The notes beneath the pieces are model-generated. The model was not told the DNA's origin, searched no databases, and saw nothing but the letters and a program-made list of their open reading frames with translations. Shown in pieces: positions 7,939-17,223 of a DNA stretch of 32,000 bases (its first letter is position 1; every line of letters starts with the position of its first letter). A program made the position numbers and the translations under genes. The stretch comes from Horticoccus luteus (GTDB lineage: Bacteria > Verrucomicrobiota > Verrucomicrobiia > Opitutales > Opitutaceae): positions 60,001-92,000 of the forward strand of contig NZ_CP080507.1 of NCBI RefSeq assembly GCF_019464535.1. Direction: 5' to 3'.

Positions 7939-9196
7939 CGATCACGGCGGTGGCGGTCGAGGCGAGGAGGTTCCATTCGACCTGGAGGCGATTGAGGAAG
8001 GAACTCCACGGGCTCTGCTCGTTGACGAGGCGTTCGCGGCGGGTGGCCCGGCGGACTTCGCGATAGAAATCCAACGCGAGCTCGGCGCAGTGTTCGCGGG
8101 AAAATTGTTTCGCGGTCTCGCTGGCGGTGGCGGCGAACCCCGCGCATTCCCGCTTTTGTTCGCGGAGGCGGGCGAGGTGGCGCGCGAAATCGTGGACGGT
8201 GGCGTCGGCGGCGAGGAGGAAGCCGTTGCGCTCATGTTGCACGACTTCGCGCACGCCGTTGGCATCGAGCGCCACCACGGGGAGGCCGGCGGCCATCGCT
8301 TCGGCGAGCACCATGCCCTGCGTCTCGCTGAAAGAGGCGAACGCGAAGACATCCATGGCGCGATAGGCGTCGTGCAGCGGGCGGCCGGTTTGTTTGCCGG
8401 CGAGGATGAGGCGGTCGCCGACGCCGGCTTTCTCGCAGACGGCGCGCACATCGGCTTCCGAAGGCCCGCCGCCGACGAGGAGAAAAACGGCTTCGGGAGC
8501 GCTCCGCAAAAATTGCGCGATGGCTGCGGTGAGGAAGGGCAGATTCTTCTCCGGCGCGAGGCGGCCGACGTGGCCGATGACAAAGGCCGCAGGCGGAATC
8601 TTGAACTTGCGCCGGGCGCGGGCGCCGTCGCCGCGGGCGAACGACGCGAGGTCGATGCCGGTCGGCACGACTTTGATCGGCGTGGTGACGCCGCGGCTGC
8701 GGATGAGTTGCTCGATGCTTTCGCTGGGGGCGATGACGCCGTCGCAGAGGTTGGCAAATTCGGTGGAGAGGGAGATCGCGAATTCCTTCAACGCGGGCGA
8801 ATCGAAGGGCACGTAGTGGGTGTAATCTTCGTAACGCGTGTGATGCGTGAAGATGACCGGCGCGTTTTTATCGGCGGCGATGCGGAGCGCGGTATCGCCG
8901 AGGAGAAACGGATGGTGGGCGTGAATGATGTGGGCGTTGAATGCGGTGAGGCGGTCGGAGAGGCCGGCGGCGAGCGGCAGGCGCACGGAGAAATCGCTGC
9001 CGTTGAAATTCTGGATGGCGGGCACGCGTTCGACGACGGATTCCTGGCGCGCGGGGAGCGGCGGGCCTTCGAATTCGGGGGCGACGACGAGCACGCGGTG
9101 CCGCCGCCGCCGATATTCCTCGGTGAAGGTGCTCACGGAGCGGGCCACCCCGCCGACATGCGGCAGGTAGGTGTTGGTCATCATGCAAATGTTCAT
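7901..9196 (-). CDS. GT4-family (group 1) glycosyltransferase
   Basis: The track ORF 7901..9616 is over-extended; its first 140 residues are Arg/Pro-rich shadow. From ATG 9196 the product starts MNICMMTNTYLPHVGGVARSV. It has GHVGRLAPEKN and the EX7E motif ETQGMVLAEAMAAGLPVV. Its start overlaps the upstream stop (ATGA, 9193-9196). Confidence 0.9.
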   Translation of the reverse strand: MNICMMTNTYLPHVGGVARSVSTFTEEYRRRRHRVLVVAPEFEGPPLPARQESVVERVPAIQNFNGSDFSVRLPLAAGLSDRLTAFNAHIIHAHHPFLLGDTALRIAADKNAPVIFTHHTRYEDYTHYVPFDSPALKEFAISLSTEFANLCDGVIAPSESIEQLIRSRGVTTPIKVVPTGIDLASFARGDGARARRKFKIPPAAFVIGHVGRLAPEKNLPFLTAAIAQFLRSAPEAVFLLVGGGPSEADVRAVCEKAGVGDRLILAGKQTGRPLHDAYRAMDVFAFASFSETQGMVLAEAMAAGLPVVALDANGVREVVQHERNGFLLAADATVHDFARHLARLREQKRECAGFAATASETAKQFSREHCAELALDFYREVRRATRRERLVNEQSPWSSFLNRLQVEWNLLASTATAVIDAMRSDGEAAAS

Positions 9197-11454
9197 GGAG
9201 AAAAGGGGAGGAGGAACGTCGTCTCGCGCGTGCCAGCGGCGATGACGCGCGGCACGCAGCCGGGCACGCGGACCTCGATGATCGGCGCGGCGCCGCGCCA
9301 CAGGGCGTCGAGCGCGAGGGTCACGCCTGCCGTGGTCGCGGTCAGGCGCACGCCGACGCGGCCGAAGGGCGTGAGCGTGCGGCCGAGCGAGACGGGGGCG
9401 CCGGGTTGCAGCCAGGCGCGGCGGAGGCCGGCGCCGAGGACGAGGCGGTCCGGCTCTTCGCGCACGAAGCAGTTGCGGATCATCATGAGCCAGTCGGCCG
9501 CGGCCCAGATGTGCTGGCCATCGCCCATGCAGCCGCCGCCGGTGCGCGGATGAATGGCTTCGGGCCACTGGCCGGTGGGCGAGGTGAGCTGCGCCACGCA
9601 ATCGATCAGCGCCCACGCGGCGTCGAGTTCGCCCGCCCGCAAACGCACCTGCGCGAGATGCAGCGTGAGGTAGGCGTTGATCCCGGAATGGATCATGTTC
9701 TGAAAGAAGCCGCCGTTGAACGTGCTGTGGTCGCGCAGGTAATCGGCGGTTTTCAGGAGGCGCGGATCGCCGGGGGAAAAGAGCTGCAGCGGGTAGTCGG
9801 CGACGAGGTTGCCGACCGCGCCGGAATCCATGCGGCGTTTCGGCGAGGCGGGAATCGCGCCGGGGAAACGGCGTTGCGGGCCGCTGGGGAAAGAGCGCTC
9901 GATCGTGGCGAGAAACTCATCGGCTTCGGCGCTCCATGCGTCGGCGTGGCGCGGGTTGCGTTCGCGCCAGAGTTGCGCGGCGCAGCGCAGCCCGGCGACG
10001 CTCCAGAAGTCGTCCCAATAATAAAAATCGTTGGGGCCGAGATGCTCGGCGCTGAAGCCGGCGGGGAGCAGGCCGGCTTCGGGGCGGCCGGAGTCGCGCG
10101 GGAGGCGTTTCTTGGTGATCCAGCGCGCGCCTTTGGCCACCGCGTCGAGCCACGCGGAGGGGAGCGGCTCGCCGGTGAGCGCGGCGAAGCGGGCGTAACT
10201 CCAGATGGCTTCGCCGTTGGAATCCCATTCGCCTTCCTGCGAAAGAAAGTAGCCGTCGCGGCGCTGGCGCGGCGCAAATTCGCCGAGCGCGCGCCGGGTG
10301 CGCTCGACGCCGCCGAGCGTGAGGAGGGCGTTGAGCAGAAAGGCGGCGTCGCGAAACCAGAAGCGTTTGTAAGTGTAAGGGCCGGGATAGACCTCGCCCG
10401 GCGCGTGGAGCACGAGGTTGGCCGCGGCGGCATCGAAGAGGCGTTGGATGAGCGGATCGGGGACCTCGAGTTTCGCGAGCGGGGCGAGGGCATCGGTCCA
10501 CGATTCGGTTTGGGCGAAGACGGGGCGTTTCTTGGGTTCGAGCTCGTTGTAGATCGGCGCGCGCACGACCAGCGCTTCGTCGCCGAGGGTTTCGAGGGGG
10601 AAGAACGCGGCGGCGGTGGCCATGCCGATGCTGTCGCGCACGTGGCGCGGCGAGGCGGTGTCGCCGAGGCGGTGCGAGACGTCGCCGGCTTGATAATGCG
10701 ACAACACATGGCGCGCGGGGCGGCAGTCGAACTCGATGGGATGGCGGGCGTTGACGAGCCAGCCGCGGTCTTCGTCGGCGACGGCGATTTCTTCGAGGAA
10801 GCTGACGCCTTCGGGATTGTAGGGGCGGAGGGCGACCACGAGGTCGCCGTCGTCGGCGCCTTCGACGCGCGCGGACACGCAGCAGTGCGGTTCGTGCTGA
10901 TCGAGGCAGAGCGTGGTCTCGGTGACGATCGTGACGCCATCGCGAGTGGCGCGGGACTGCACGCGCAGCGCATCGGTGAGCGCGAGGGTTTGCTCGAACG
11001 TGGCGAGTTGCGAGGGGAACAGCGGCGGGCCGGCGCGCGGGACGAACCAGAAGTCGAGGGACCAGCCATCGAAGAGCGGCGTGACGAGGCCGCGGGGATC
11101 GACGATGGGATAATACGGCACATCGGGGACGCCGACGGCGGTCCAGTTGCGATGCGTGAGGTTGATGTGGCTGAACGAAAACGCGCGCGGGATGAAGGAT
11201 TCGTCGGCGGGGTTGAACTGGCGGTCGACCCAATAAGGCCACACCCAGTCGAGGTTGTTCTGAATGGCCTTGGTGTTAACGAGGCCGCGCGCGTGGAAGA
11301 GCATCCCGGCGCGCAGGAGCTCGATCGGCTCGGCGACCTCGGAGGGTTGCGCAAAGCCGCGCAGTTGCGCCAGCAGCGCAATCGGATCCAAAAATCCGTA
11401 GGCGCGCGCGGCACGGGTGATCAGATAGCGGATAGGCCACGATTTGAGCAACAT
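9193..11454 (-). CDS. Six-hairpin (alpha/alpha)6 glycoside-hydrolase-like protein (GH15 / glycogen-debranching-like C-terminal domain) with a ~330-aa unassigned N-terminal region
   Basis: Track ORF 9193..11559. I place the start at ATG 11454 (MLLKSWPIRYL). The C-terminal half has GH15-type barrel landmarks: YKRFWFRDAAFLLNAL, EGEWDSNGEAIW, FYYWDDFW, GDGQHIWAAADWLMM. I cannot place the N-terminal half (NNLDWVWPYWVDRQFNP..FIPRAFSFSHINLTHRNWTAVG) in any family. Confidence 0.75.
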   Translation of the reverse strand: MLLKSWPIRYLITRAARAYGFLDPIALLAQLRGFAQPSEVAEPIELLRAGMLFHARGLVNTKAIQNNLDWVWPYWVDRQFNPADESFIPRAFSFSHINLTHRNWTAVGVPDVPYYPIVDPRGLVTPLFDGWSLDFWFVPRAGPPLFPSQLATFEQTLALTDALRVQSRATRDGVTIVTETTLCLDQHEPHCCVSARVEGADDGDLVVALRPYNPEGVSFLEEIAVADEDRGWLVNARHPIEFDCRPARHVLSHYQAGDVSHRLGDTASPRHVRDSIGMATAAAFFPLETLGDEALVVRAPIYNELEPKKRPVFAQTESWTDALAPLAKLEVPDPLIQRLFDAAAANLVLHAPGEVYPGPYTYKRFWFRDAAFLLNALLTLGGVERTRRALGEFAPRQRRDGYFLSQEGEWDSNGEAIWSYARFAALTGEPLPSAWLDAVAKGARWITKKRLPRDSGRPEAGLLPAGFSAEHLGPNDFYYWDDFWSVAGLRCAAQLWRERNPRHADAWSAEADEFLATIERSFPSGPQRRFPGAIPASPKRRMDSGAVGNLVADYPLQLFSPGDPRLLKTADYLRDHSTFNGGFFQNMIHSGINAYLTLHLAQVRLRAGELDAAWALIDCVAQLTSPTGQWPEAIHPRTGGGCMGDGQHIWAAADWLMMIRNCFVREEPDRLVLGAGLRRAWLQPGAPVSLGRTLTPFGRVGVRLTATTAGVTLALDALWRGAAPIIEVRVPGCVPRVIAAGTRETTFLLPFSP

Positions 11455-11702
11455 GCGGGAGTCTTCCCCTTCATTGTCCGCTTGGAGCGTCCAAGGTGCC
11501 TGCGCGGCGGGTTTTTCCCGGCGTGCGTCGCTGCGCACGGCTGGGGCGCGCACGCGCATCAGGCGCGAGTTTTAACAGGTTTGGCGGCGCGTGCGGCGCT
11601 CGCGCGCGGTCCGCAGCGTGGGGCGTCCCAGCTCGCGTCAAAGAAAGCTGGCCGCGCCGGGGCGCGCAGAGGGGCGCCGGCGCCGCGGGCAACCGATTGC
11701 GT

Positions 11703-12164
11703 TCAGCGCTCCGATGAAGCGGGCTGGGGCGCGTTGGCTGCGAGAGCGGTGGGCGTGAGTTCAGCCAGGACGGGGCGGAGGGTTTCCGGCGTCGGTGGCT
11801 TCACGAGGTAGCGGCGGATGCCGAGAGTCTCGGCGCGGGCGCGATCGCTGTTTTCCGCGGAGGAGGTGAGAATAAAGACCGCGAGGTCGTGCCAAGCGGG
11901 ATGGGCACGAATGGCCGCCAAGACATCGAGGCCGTAGATGTAGGGCAGTTTGAGATCGAGAAACACCGCGGCGGGCGCGACGTGCTCCTTCGCTTGCGCG
12001 GCGCAACCGGCGAGGTAATCGAGCGCCGCCTGGCCGTCGCCGGCGATCCGCACAGGCCGGGTATTCCCGGCGAGGCGGAGCGCGCGTTGCATGAAGAAGA
12101 CGTCGTCTTCGTTGTCTTCGACCAGCAGCAAGGGCGCCAACGGGTTGAGGAGGCCGGCGCTCAT
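11703..12164 (-). CDS. Stand-alone response-regulator receiver (CheY-like, no output domain)
   Basis: 153 aa. Receiver landmarks: LLLVEDNEDDVFF, VFLDLKLP (phospho-acceptor Asp), ILTSS, YLVKP. The start ATG overlaps the stop of the upstream kinase gene (ATGA, 12161-12164). Confidence 0.9.
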   Translation of the reverse strand: MSAGLLNPLAPLLLVEDNEDDVFFMQRALRLAGNTRPVRIAGDGQAALDYLAGCAAQAKEHVAPAAVFLDLKLPYIYGLDVLAAIRAHPAWHDLAVFILTSSAENSDRARAETLGIRRYLVKPPTPETLRPVLAELTPTALAANAPQPASSER

Positions 12165-14863
12165 GAGCGGGAGGCGAGGGACAGCTCGATCCAGAACCGG
12201 CTGCCGGAGACGCCGTCGGAGTGCACGCCCACGGAGCCGTTCATGCGCTCGACGGCTTTGCGCACGATGGCGAGACCGATGCCGGTGCCCTCGTAGGCGT
12301 GTTCGGGGTGCACCCGTTCGAACAGGCCGAAGAGGCGCGACTGATGTTCGGGTTTGATGCCGATGCCGTTGTCTTCGAACCAGAGCCGGCCGCGATCGGG
12401 AGCGGTGCGCTCGAAGGCCACGCGGATGCGCGGACGCGATTCGGGTGGGACGAATTTGACGGCGTTGCTCAAGAGATTCGACACAACCTGGCTGAGCGAC
12501 GGTTCGTGGCCGATCACTTCGGGCAGCGGACCTTCGACGGCGATTTCGGCGCGCTCGGGGCGCATGTCGGGATATTGCTGCACGACCTCGTGGACCAGTT
12601 TCTCCAAGGAAACCGGCTCAAGGGCGAGGTCGCGGCGGTTCAGACGGCTATACGTGAGCAGGTCTTGAATGAGCCGGTCCATGCGGGCGCCGCTGCGCAC
12701 GATGCGGCTCAGCAGCATCCGGCCGTCGGGGCCGAGGCGTTCGCCGTAATCTTCGAGCACGACCTCGGCATAGCCGCGCATCGCGCGGACGGGGGCGCGC
12801 AGATCGTGCGACACGCTGTAGGAAAACTCCTGCATCTGCGTGACGGCTTCCTGCAGCGAGGCGGTGCGTTCGGCGACGAGTTGTTCCATGGCCTCGGCGC
12901 TGCGGTGGCGTTCCACGGCAAAGGCCACTTGCGTGGCGATGGTTTCAACGGGTTGCAATTCCGCGGCGGAGAAGACGTGCGGCGCGTTGTAATACACCAT
13001 GAACTTGCCCAGCAGCCTCTTCTCCAGAGTAAGGGGAATGAAGGCGAGGGCGTGGATGCCTTCCGTGCGCAACGCCTGTTTGAGAGGCGCGGGCAGCTGA
13101 TCGGCGAGGTCGATGTTATCGATGTAGATCGGATGCGCATCGGTCGTGTGATGAGCCCACGGGGAATGGCCTTCCACGGCTTCGCAATAGGCGGCCGAGA
13201 GGCCGCTCGTCGCGACAAATCGCATGACCTTCTGATCGTCGAGCAGGAGGATGGCGGCGCGATCCGAACGCTGGCATTCGTAGATCGCGCGGAGCGCTAC
13301 GGGGTAGATTTCGTTCAGCGCGTCGGCGCGATTGACGTGTGAAACGAGTTCGTAAACGGCGCGTTGCCGCGCTTCGGCGTGGCGGCGGTCGGTGATGTCG
13401 CGGGCGATCTTGGAAGCGCCCACAATCTGGCCGTTGGCATCGCGCAACGGGGAAATGGAAAGCGAGATATCGACGAGAGAACCGTCTTTGCGCTGACGGA
13501 CGGTTTCGAAGGAACTGATGCGTTGGCCGCGGCGGATTTGAGCGATGAGGTGGTCCTCTTCGCGGAGGCGGTCCCGCGGCAGCAGGACCGTGATGCTTTG
13601 GCCGATCATCTCCTCCTCGGTGTAACCGAAGATGCGTTCGGCACCGCGGTTCCACGTCAGGATGCGGCTCTCGAGGGTCTTGCTGATGATCGCGTCCTCC
13701 GACGAGGTGACGATGGCGGCGAGGCGCCGGCTCACCAACTCGGACTCTTTTTGCTTGGCGAGTTCGTCCTGCAACAGATGCGTGAGGCGGACGGTTTCTT
13801 GTTCCCGTTCGCGCAGCCGCGCCGCCGTGGACTGCATCGCCGTGGCGACGAAATCGATCTCCTGCAGGCCGGGCGGCCGTGGCGGAGGAGGCAGGCCCTG
13901 GCCCAGGGCTTCCGTTTCGGCCACCAGCCCGGCAATGCTGGTGGAGACTTTGCGGCCGAGCTGACGCGTGAGGATGAGCGCGACGAGGACCAACAGCCCG
14001 GACAACGCGCCGCCCAACCACAAGACGCGGCGGGCCGACGCGAGGATATCCACCTCGGGAGCGCCAATCGCCACACTCCAACCGCAGACGGGCGAGCGGC
14101 TGTAGGCGGCAACGACATCGATTCCCTCCAGCGTGCGGCTGTGCATGATGCCTTCAGGCGTGGTGGTGGTGGCCTCGACGATGTCGGGCGTGGCCTTCTT
14201 GCCGGCGAATTTCTCCGCGCCGCGATTCCGCGCGGTGATCGTGCCCGTGCGATCCACGACCGTCACGATGGCTCCGGGCAGGAAACGCTCGACGGCGATC
14301 GCGCGCGCAAACGCACTGGGCTGGATCACATAATGAAGACCGTAGAGGAGTTCGCCGTCGCGCAAAACGGGCACGCTCACATTGACGCAAAAACTCTTGG
14401 CAGTCGTGCTCCAGCGGACGTCGGAAAAATACGTCTTCTTCTGGCGCAAGGCGGCCCAGATCTCGGGCGTCGGCGTGAGATTGGGAAGGGGCTGGCCGCG
14501 CGGCAGCCGGGTGTTGACCCATTCGTGGCCTGCGGCGTCGGTGACGACGATCCAGCGGTCCCGGTCGGGCGCGAGGCTTCGGGCCTGGGTGTCGAAGGCG
14601 GCGAAGTCGCCGCGTTGCAAGGTGCCGGAAATGGCGAGGCCTTTAAGCAACGCCTCCGTCTCACCAAGTTGCCGGTCGACCAGTGACGACAACGCACGGG
14701 CGGTGCCGACGAGATGGCGGCCAGCGGCGGTGCGTTGATTGAAATAGGCTTGCGCGGTGAGCACGCCGACGAGGAGGAGCGCCGTCGCAGTGATGCCAGC
14801 GACGAGCCAGCGCAGCCGATTACGCACAGAATCGGAGCGAAGAGTGTTGAGCGACTGGAGCAC
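12161..14863 (-). CDS. Sensor histidine kinase (TM - periplasmic Cache-like domain - TM - PAS - GAF - HisKA - HATPase)
   Basis: 900 aa with a GTG start at 14863. There is an N-terminal TM, a ~250-aa extracytoplasmic domain and a second TM ([18 protein letters not shown]). A PAS domain follows ([23 protein letters not shown]...[14 protein letters not shown]...ASKIARDIT). A GAF-like region is next. Then come the H-box [17 protein letters not shown]-box LLSNAVKF, G1 FEDNGIGI and G2 [18 protein letters not shown]. Confidence 0.9.
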   Translation of the reverse strand: MLQSLNTLRSDSVRNRLRWLVAGITATALLLVGVLTAQAYFNQRTAAGRHLVGTARALSSLVDRQLGETEALLKGLAISGTLQRGDFAAFDTQARSLAPDRDRWIVVTDAAGHEWVNTRLPRGQPLPNLTPTPEIWAALRQKKTYFSDVRWSTTAKSFCVNVSVPVLRDGELLYGLHYVIQPSAFARAIAVERFLPGAIVTVVDRTGTITARNRGAEKFAGKKATPDIVEATTTTPEGIMHSRTLEGIDVVAAYSRSPVCGWSVAIGAPEVDILASARRVLWLGGALSGLLVLVALILTRQLGRKVSTSIAGLVAETEALGQGLPPPPRPPGLQEIDFVATAMQSTAARLREREQETVRLTHLLQDELAKQKESELVSRRLAAIVTSSEDAIISKTLESRILTWNRGAERIFGYTEEEMIGQSITVLLPRDRLREEDHLIAQIRRGQRISSFETVRQRKDGSLVDISLSISPLRDANGQIVGASKIARDITDRRHAEARQRAVYELVSHVNRADALNEIYPVALRAIYECQRSDRAAILLLDDQKVMRFVATSGLSAAYCEAVEGHSPWAHHTTDAHPIYIDNIDLADQLPAPLKQALRTEGIHALAFIPLTLEKRLLGKFMVYYNAPHVFSAAELQPVETIATQVAFAVERHRSAEAMEQLVAERTASLQEAVTQMQEFSYSVSHDLRAPVRAMRGYAEVVLEDYGERLGPDGRMLLSRIVRSGARMDRLIQDLLTYSRLNRRDLALEPVSLEKLVHEVVQQYPDMRPERAEIAVEGPLPEVIGHEPSLSQVVSNLLSNAVKFVPPESRPRIRVAFERTAPDRGRLWFEDNGIGIKPEHQSRLFGLFERVHPEHAYEGTGIGLAIVRKAVERMNGSVGVHSDGVSGSRFWIELSLASRS

Positions 14864-15165
14864 AGGGAAAGCGGAGCGGGAGGATGGTCCTCCGGGGGCG
14901 CGATCAAGCGTAAGAACTTGCTGCGGCTATCCGGGAAACCTGTAGGAAAACGAGCCTGCTTCATCGCGGCCGAGGCCAAAAGCTGAAAGATTCCTGAAGG
15001 CAGCATCGGGGATCGCCCGAGGCGCCGCCGCCGTATAGGCAACCGGTGGAGGCAACCCTTCGTTACGCGTGACGGAGGTGGGGGAGGGTAGGCGGCGGGA
15101 GGAGCTGACTGGGGACGAAGGCGCGCGGGGCGTTGCGCTTCGTCGGAGCCGCGGTTAGCTGCGGC

Positions 15166-16062
15166 ATGAAATCTTCCACGTCACTTTCCTCAGTCGATGC
15201 CGCGCGCAGCGGCGAATTTCAACTGGCGCCGGGCTGGGAGGTCCACCGACTCGGTTTCGGTGCGATGCGCATCACCGGGCGCGGCATCTGGGGCGAGCCG
15301 AAGGACCCGGCGGCGATGCGGCGATTGTTGCAGCGGGTGGTCGAGCTGGGCGTCAACTTCATCGATACGGCGGACTCGTATGGGCCGGAAGTGAGCGAAC
15401 GGTTGATTGCGGAGGCGCTGCATCCGTATCCCGCGGGCGTGCTGATCGCGACGAAGGGCGGGTTGACACGGCAGGGGCCGGAACGCTGGGCGCCCGTCGG
15501 TCGGCCGGAATATATTCAACAGTGCGTGGAAATGAGCCTGCGCCGCCTGCGCGTGGACTGTATTGAACTGTATCAATTGCACCGCATCGATCCCAAGGTG
15601 CCGGCGGAGGAGACGCTGGGCGTGTTGAAGAAGATGCAGGACGCGGGCAAAATCCGGCATGTGGGGCTGTCGGAGGTGACGGTGAAGGAAATCGAAGCGG
15701 CGCGGCGGATCCTGCCGATCGTGAGCGTGCAGAATCACTATAATCTCGGAAATCGAAAGAGTGAGGCCGTGCTGGAGTATTGCGAACGGGAGCGGTTGGG
15801 TTTCATCCCGTGGTTTCCGATGGCGGCGGGCGAGCTGGCGAAAGCGGGCGGGCCGCTCGATCGTGCGGCGCAGCGGCATGGGGCGACTGTCGGCCAGCTC
15901 GCGCTGGCGTGGTTGCTGCATCGCTCGCCAGTTATTCTGCCGATTCCGGGCACGTCTTCGGTCGCGCATCTGGAAGAAAACGTGGCCGCGGCGGGCCTAA
16001 AGCTCGCCGACGCCGAGTGGCAGGAGATCGAAAAGGCGGCGCCGGAGACAGATGAAGAGTGA
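15166..16062 (+). CDS. Aldo/keto reductase family oxidoreductase
   Basis: Track ORF 15133..16062 starts at a TTG. I use the in-frame ATG at 15166 (MKSSTS...). AKR landmarks: [42 protein letters not shown]. Confidence 0.9.
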   Translation: MKSSTSLSSVDAARSGEFQLAPGWEVHRLGFGAMRITGRGIWGEPKDPAAMRRLLQRVVELGVNFIDTADSYGPEVSERLIAEALHPYPAGVLIATKGGLTRQGPERWAPVGRPEYIQQCVEMSLRRLRVDCIELYQLHRIDPKVPAEETLGVLKKMQDAGKIRHVGLSEVTVKEIEAARRILPIVSVQNHYNLGNRKSEAVLEYCERERLGFIPWFPMAAGELAKAGGPLDRAAQRHGATVGQLALAWLLHRSPVILPIPGTSSVAHLEENVAAAGLKLADAEWQEIEKAAPETDEE

Positions 16063-16218
16063 AACTTCCGCTGCCTGAAGGGAGGAGCAAGGCGCGGTGC
16101 AAGCGGGCGATGCTCGTGCGCCCGCCGGGACCGTGCGGACGCTGTGTGGGTGGTGAATGCCTCGCGCGAGTTTCGGGCCGCGCCTTCGAGCCGTTGCGCG
16201 GAAGCCGCAAACGAACGG

Positions 16219-17223
16219 TTAGGAAGTGATGGAGTGCGAACGGCGCCGCCGGCGGACCGCCACCAATGTCAGGACGAGAGCGGCCAGCCCGGCGACGATT
16301 CCGGCCGCCGCCGGTTCCGGAATCGCGGTGAAGGAACGGGTGACCTCCGGCGCCCAAGCATATTCGGGCGACGAGCCGTCGTTGAGGTGACCGAATTGGT
16401 CGGCGGCAATCACGATAGCGCCACCGCCGGTGACCGTGAGTGTGTTTCCGGAAACCGTGGCCGGTCCGGACACGACGTGATAAACCACGGGGAGACCGGA
16501 GGAGGCGGTGGCGGCCAGTTCGATGGTGTTCGAGCCGCCGGAGACAAAATCAAAGCCATCGGAAATCGCGGGAAAATCGATCGTTTGCGGCGTGGCCGCC
16601 GCCGTGGCGAGATACGAACCTTTCCCCGTGATGACCGTCGTCCCGCTCCGATAGGCGAATGAAAACGAGTTCGCATCTTGGCCATTGGTGCCGGCACCGA
16701 ACGAAAAAGCGCCGCTGATGTTGAGCGAAGGTCCGTCGGAAGTGCCGATCGTGCCCGTATATTTCAAGCCGCCGGTGACCGGCGTGAGCGTCATGGAAAC
16801 AGGGAGGCCGGCACTCGTGAAGGGAGTCAGCGTCAGCGCGCCGGACTCGGAAAGCCCCGGCATTCCCAGGGTGAAGATCGGATAGGGCTGCAGGCCACCC
16901 GTGGTGCCGTCCGCGGAGGTATAGGTGGTGACGCTGGCGAGCGCGGACGGTGTGTAGTCCGCGGGCAGGGTGAACGAATTGATGACGGCGAAATTTTCCG
17001 TGAAGGTTTGGTACGCCAGATAGACCGGACGCGTGCCGTCACTGGAATCGGTGGAGTTTTCGGTGAAGGCGCCCATGGAGGTGCCATCTATGGACACGGC
17101 GCCGCGGAGGGCAAAATCCAGAGGGCTGGATTGATAAACGGCCTGCGCAAATCCCATGATCGGGGCGAGGAGGGCGAGGCCGAAGCCGACTCGGCAAGGG
17201 AGGCGGAAAGCGACGACGGGCAT
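16219..17223 (-). CDS. Secreted PEP-CTERM-anchored surface protein with an Ig-like repeat domain
   Basis: Track ORF 16219..17259 starts at a TTG. From ATG 17223 the product has a clean signal peptide, MPVVAFRLPCRVGFGLALLAPIMGFAQA|VY. Its body is Thr/Ser/Gly-rich. It contains a QTIDFPAISD...LAATASSGLPVVYHVVSGPATVSGNTLTVTGGGAIVIAADQ module typical of bacterial Ig-like surface domains. A C-terminal PEP-CTERM signal is present. Confidence 0.8.
   Translation of the reverse strand: MPVVAFRLPCRVGFGLALLAPIMGFAQAVYQSSPLDFALRGAVSIDGTSMGAFTENSTDSSDGTRPVYLAYQTFTENFAVINSFTLPADYTPSALASVTTYTSADGTTGGLQPYPIFTLGMPGLSESGALTLTPFTSAGLPVSMTLTPVTGGLKYTGTIGTSDGPSLNISGAFSFGAGTNGQDANSFSFAYRSGTTVITGKGSYLATAAATPQTIDFPAISDGFDFVSGGSNTIELAATASSGLPVVYHVVSGPATVSGNTLTVTGGGAIVIAADQFGHLNDGSSPEYAWAPEVTRSFTAIPEPAAAGIVAGLAALVLTLVAVRRRRRSHSITS
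16222..16323 (-). other. PEP-CTERM sorting signal (exosortase recognition)
   Basis: The C-terminal 34 aa are IPEPAAAGIVAGLAALVLTLVAVRRRRRSHSITS. This is a PEP motif, then a hydrophobic helix, then an Arg cluster, which is the canonical tripartite PEP-CTERM architecture. Confidence 0.8.

Noticed and set aside
6289-11811. Very long + strand ORFs (6289..7995, 7685..9553, 9406..11811) and the alternative-frame minus ORFs (6332..7408, 9753..11414, 9917..11242).
   Set aside because: All are antisense to, or out of frame with, genes carrying strong family motifs (AP/EEP fusion, GT4, GH-like). Their products are low-complexity Arg/Ala/Gly/Pro-rich strings. The stop-codon scarcity of GC-rich DNA explains their length.
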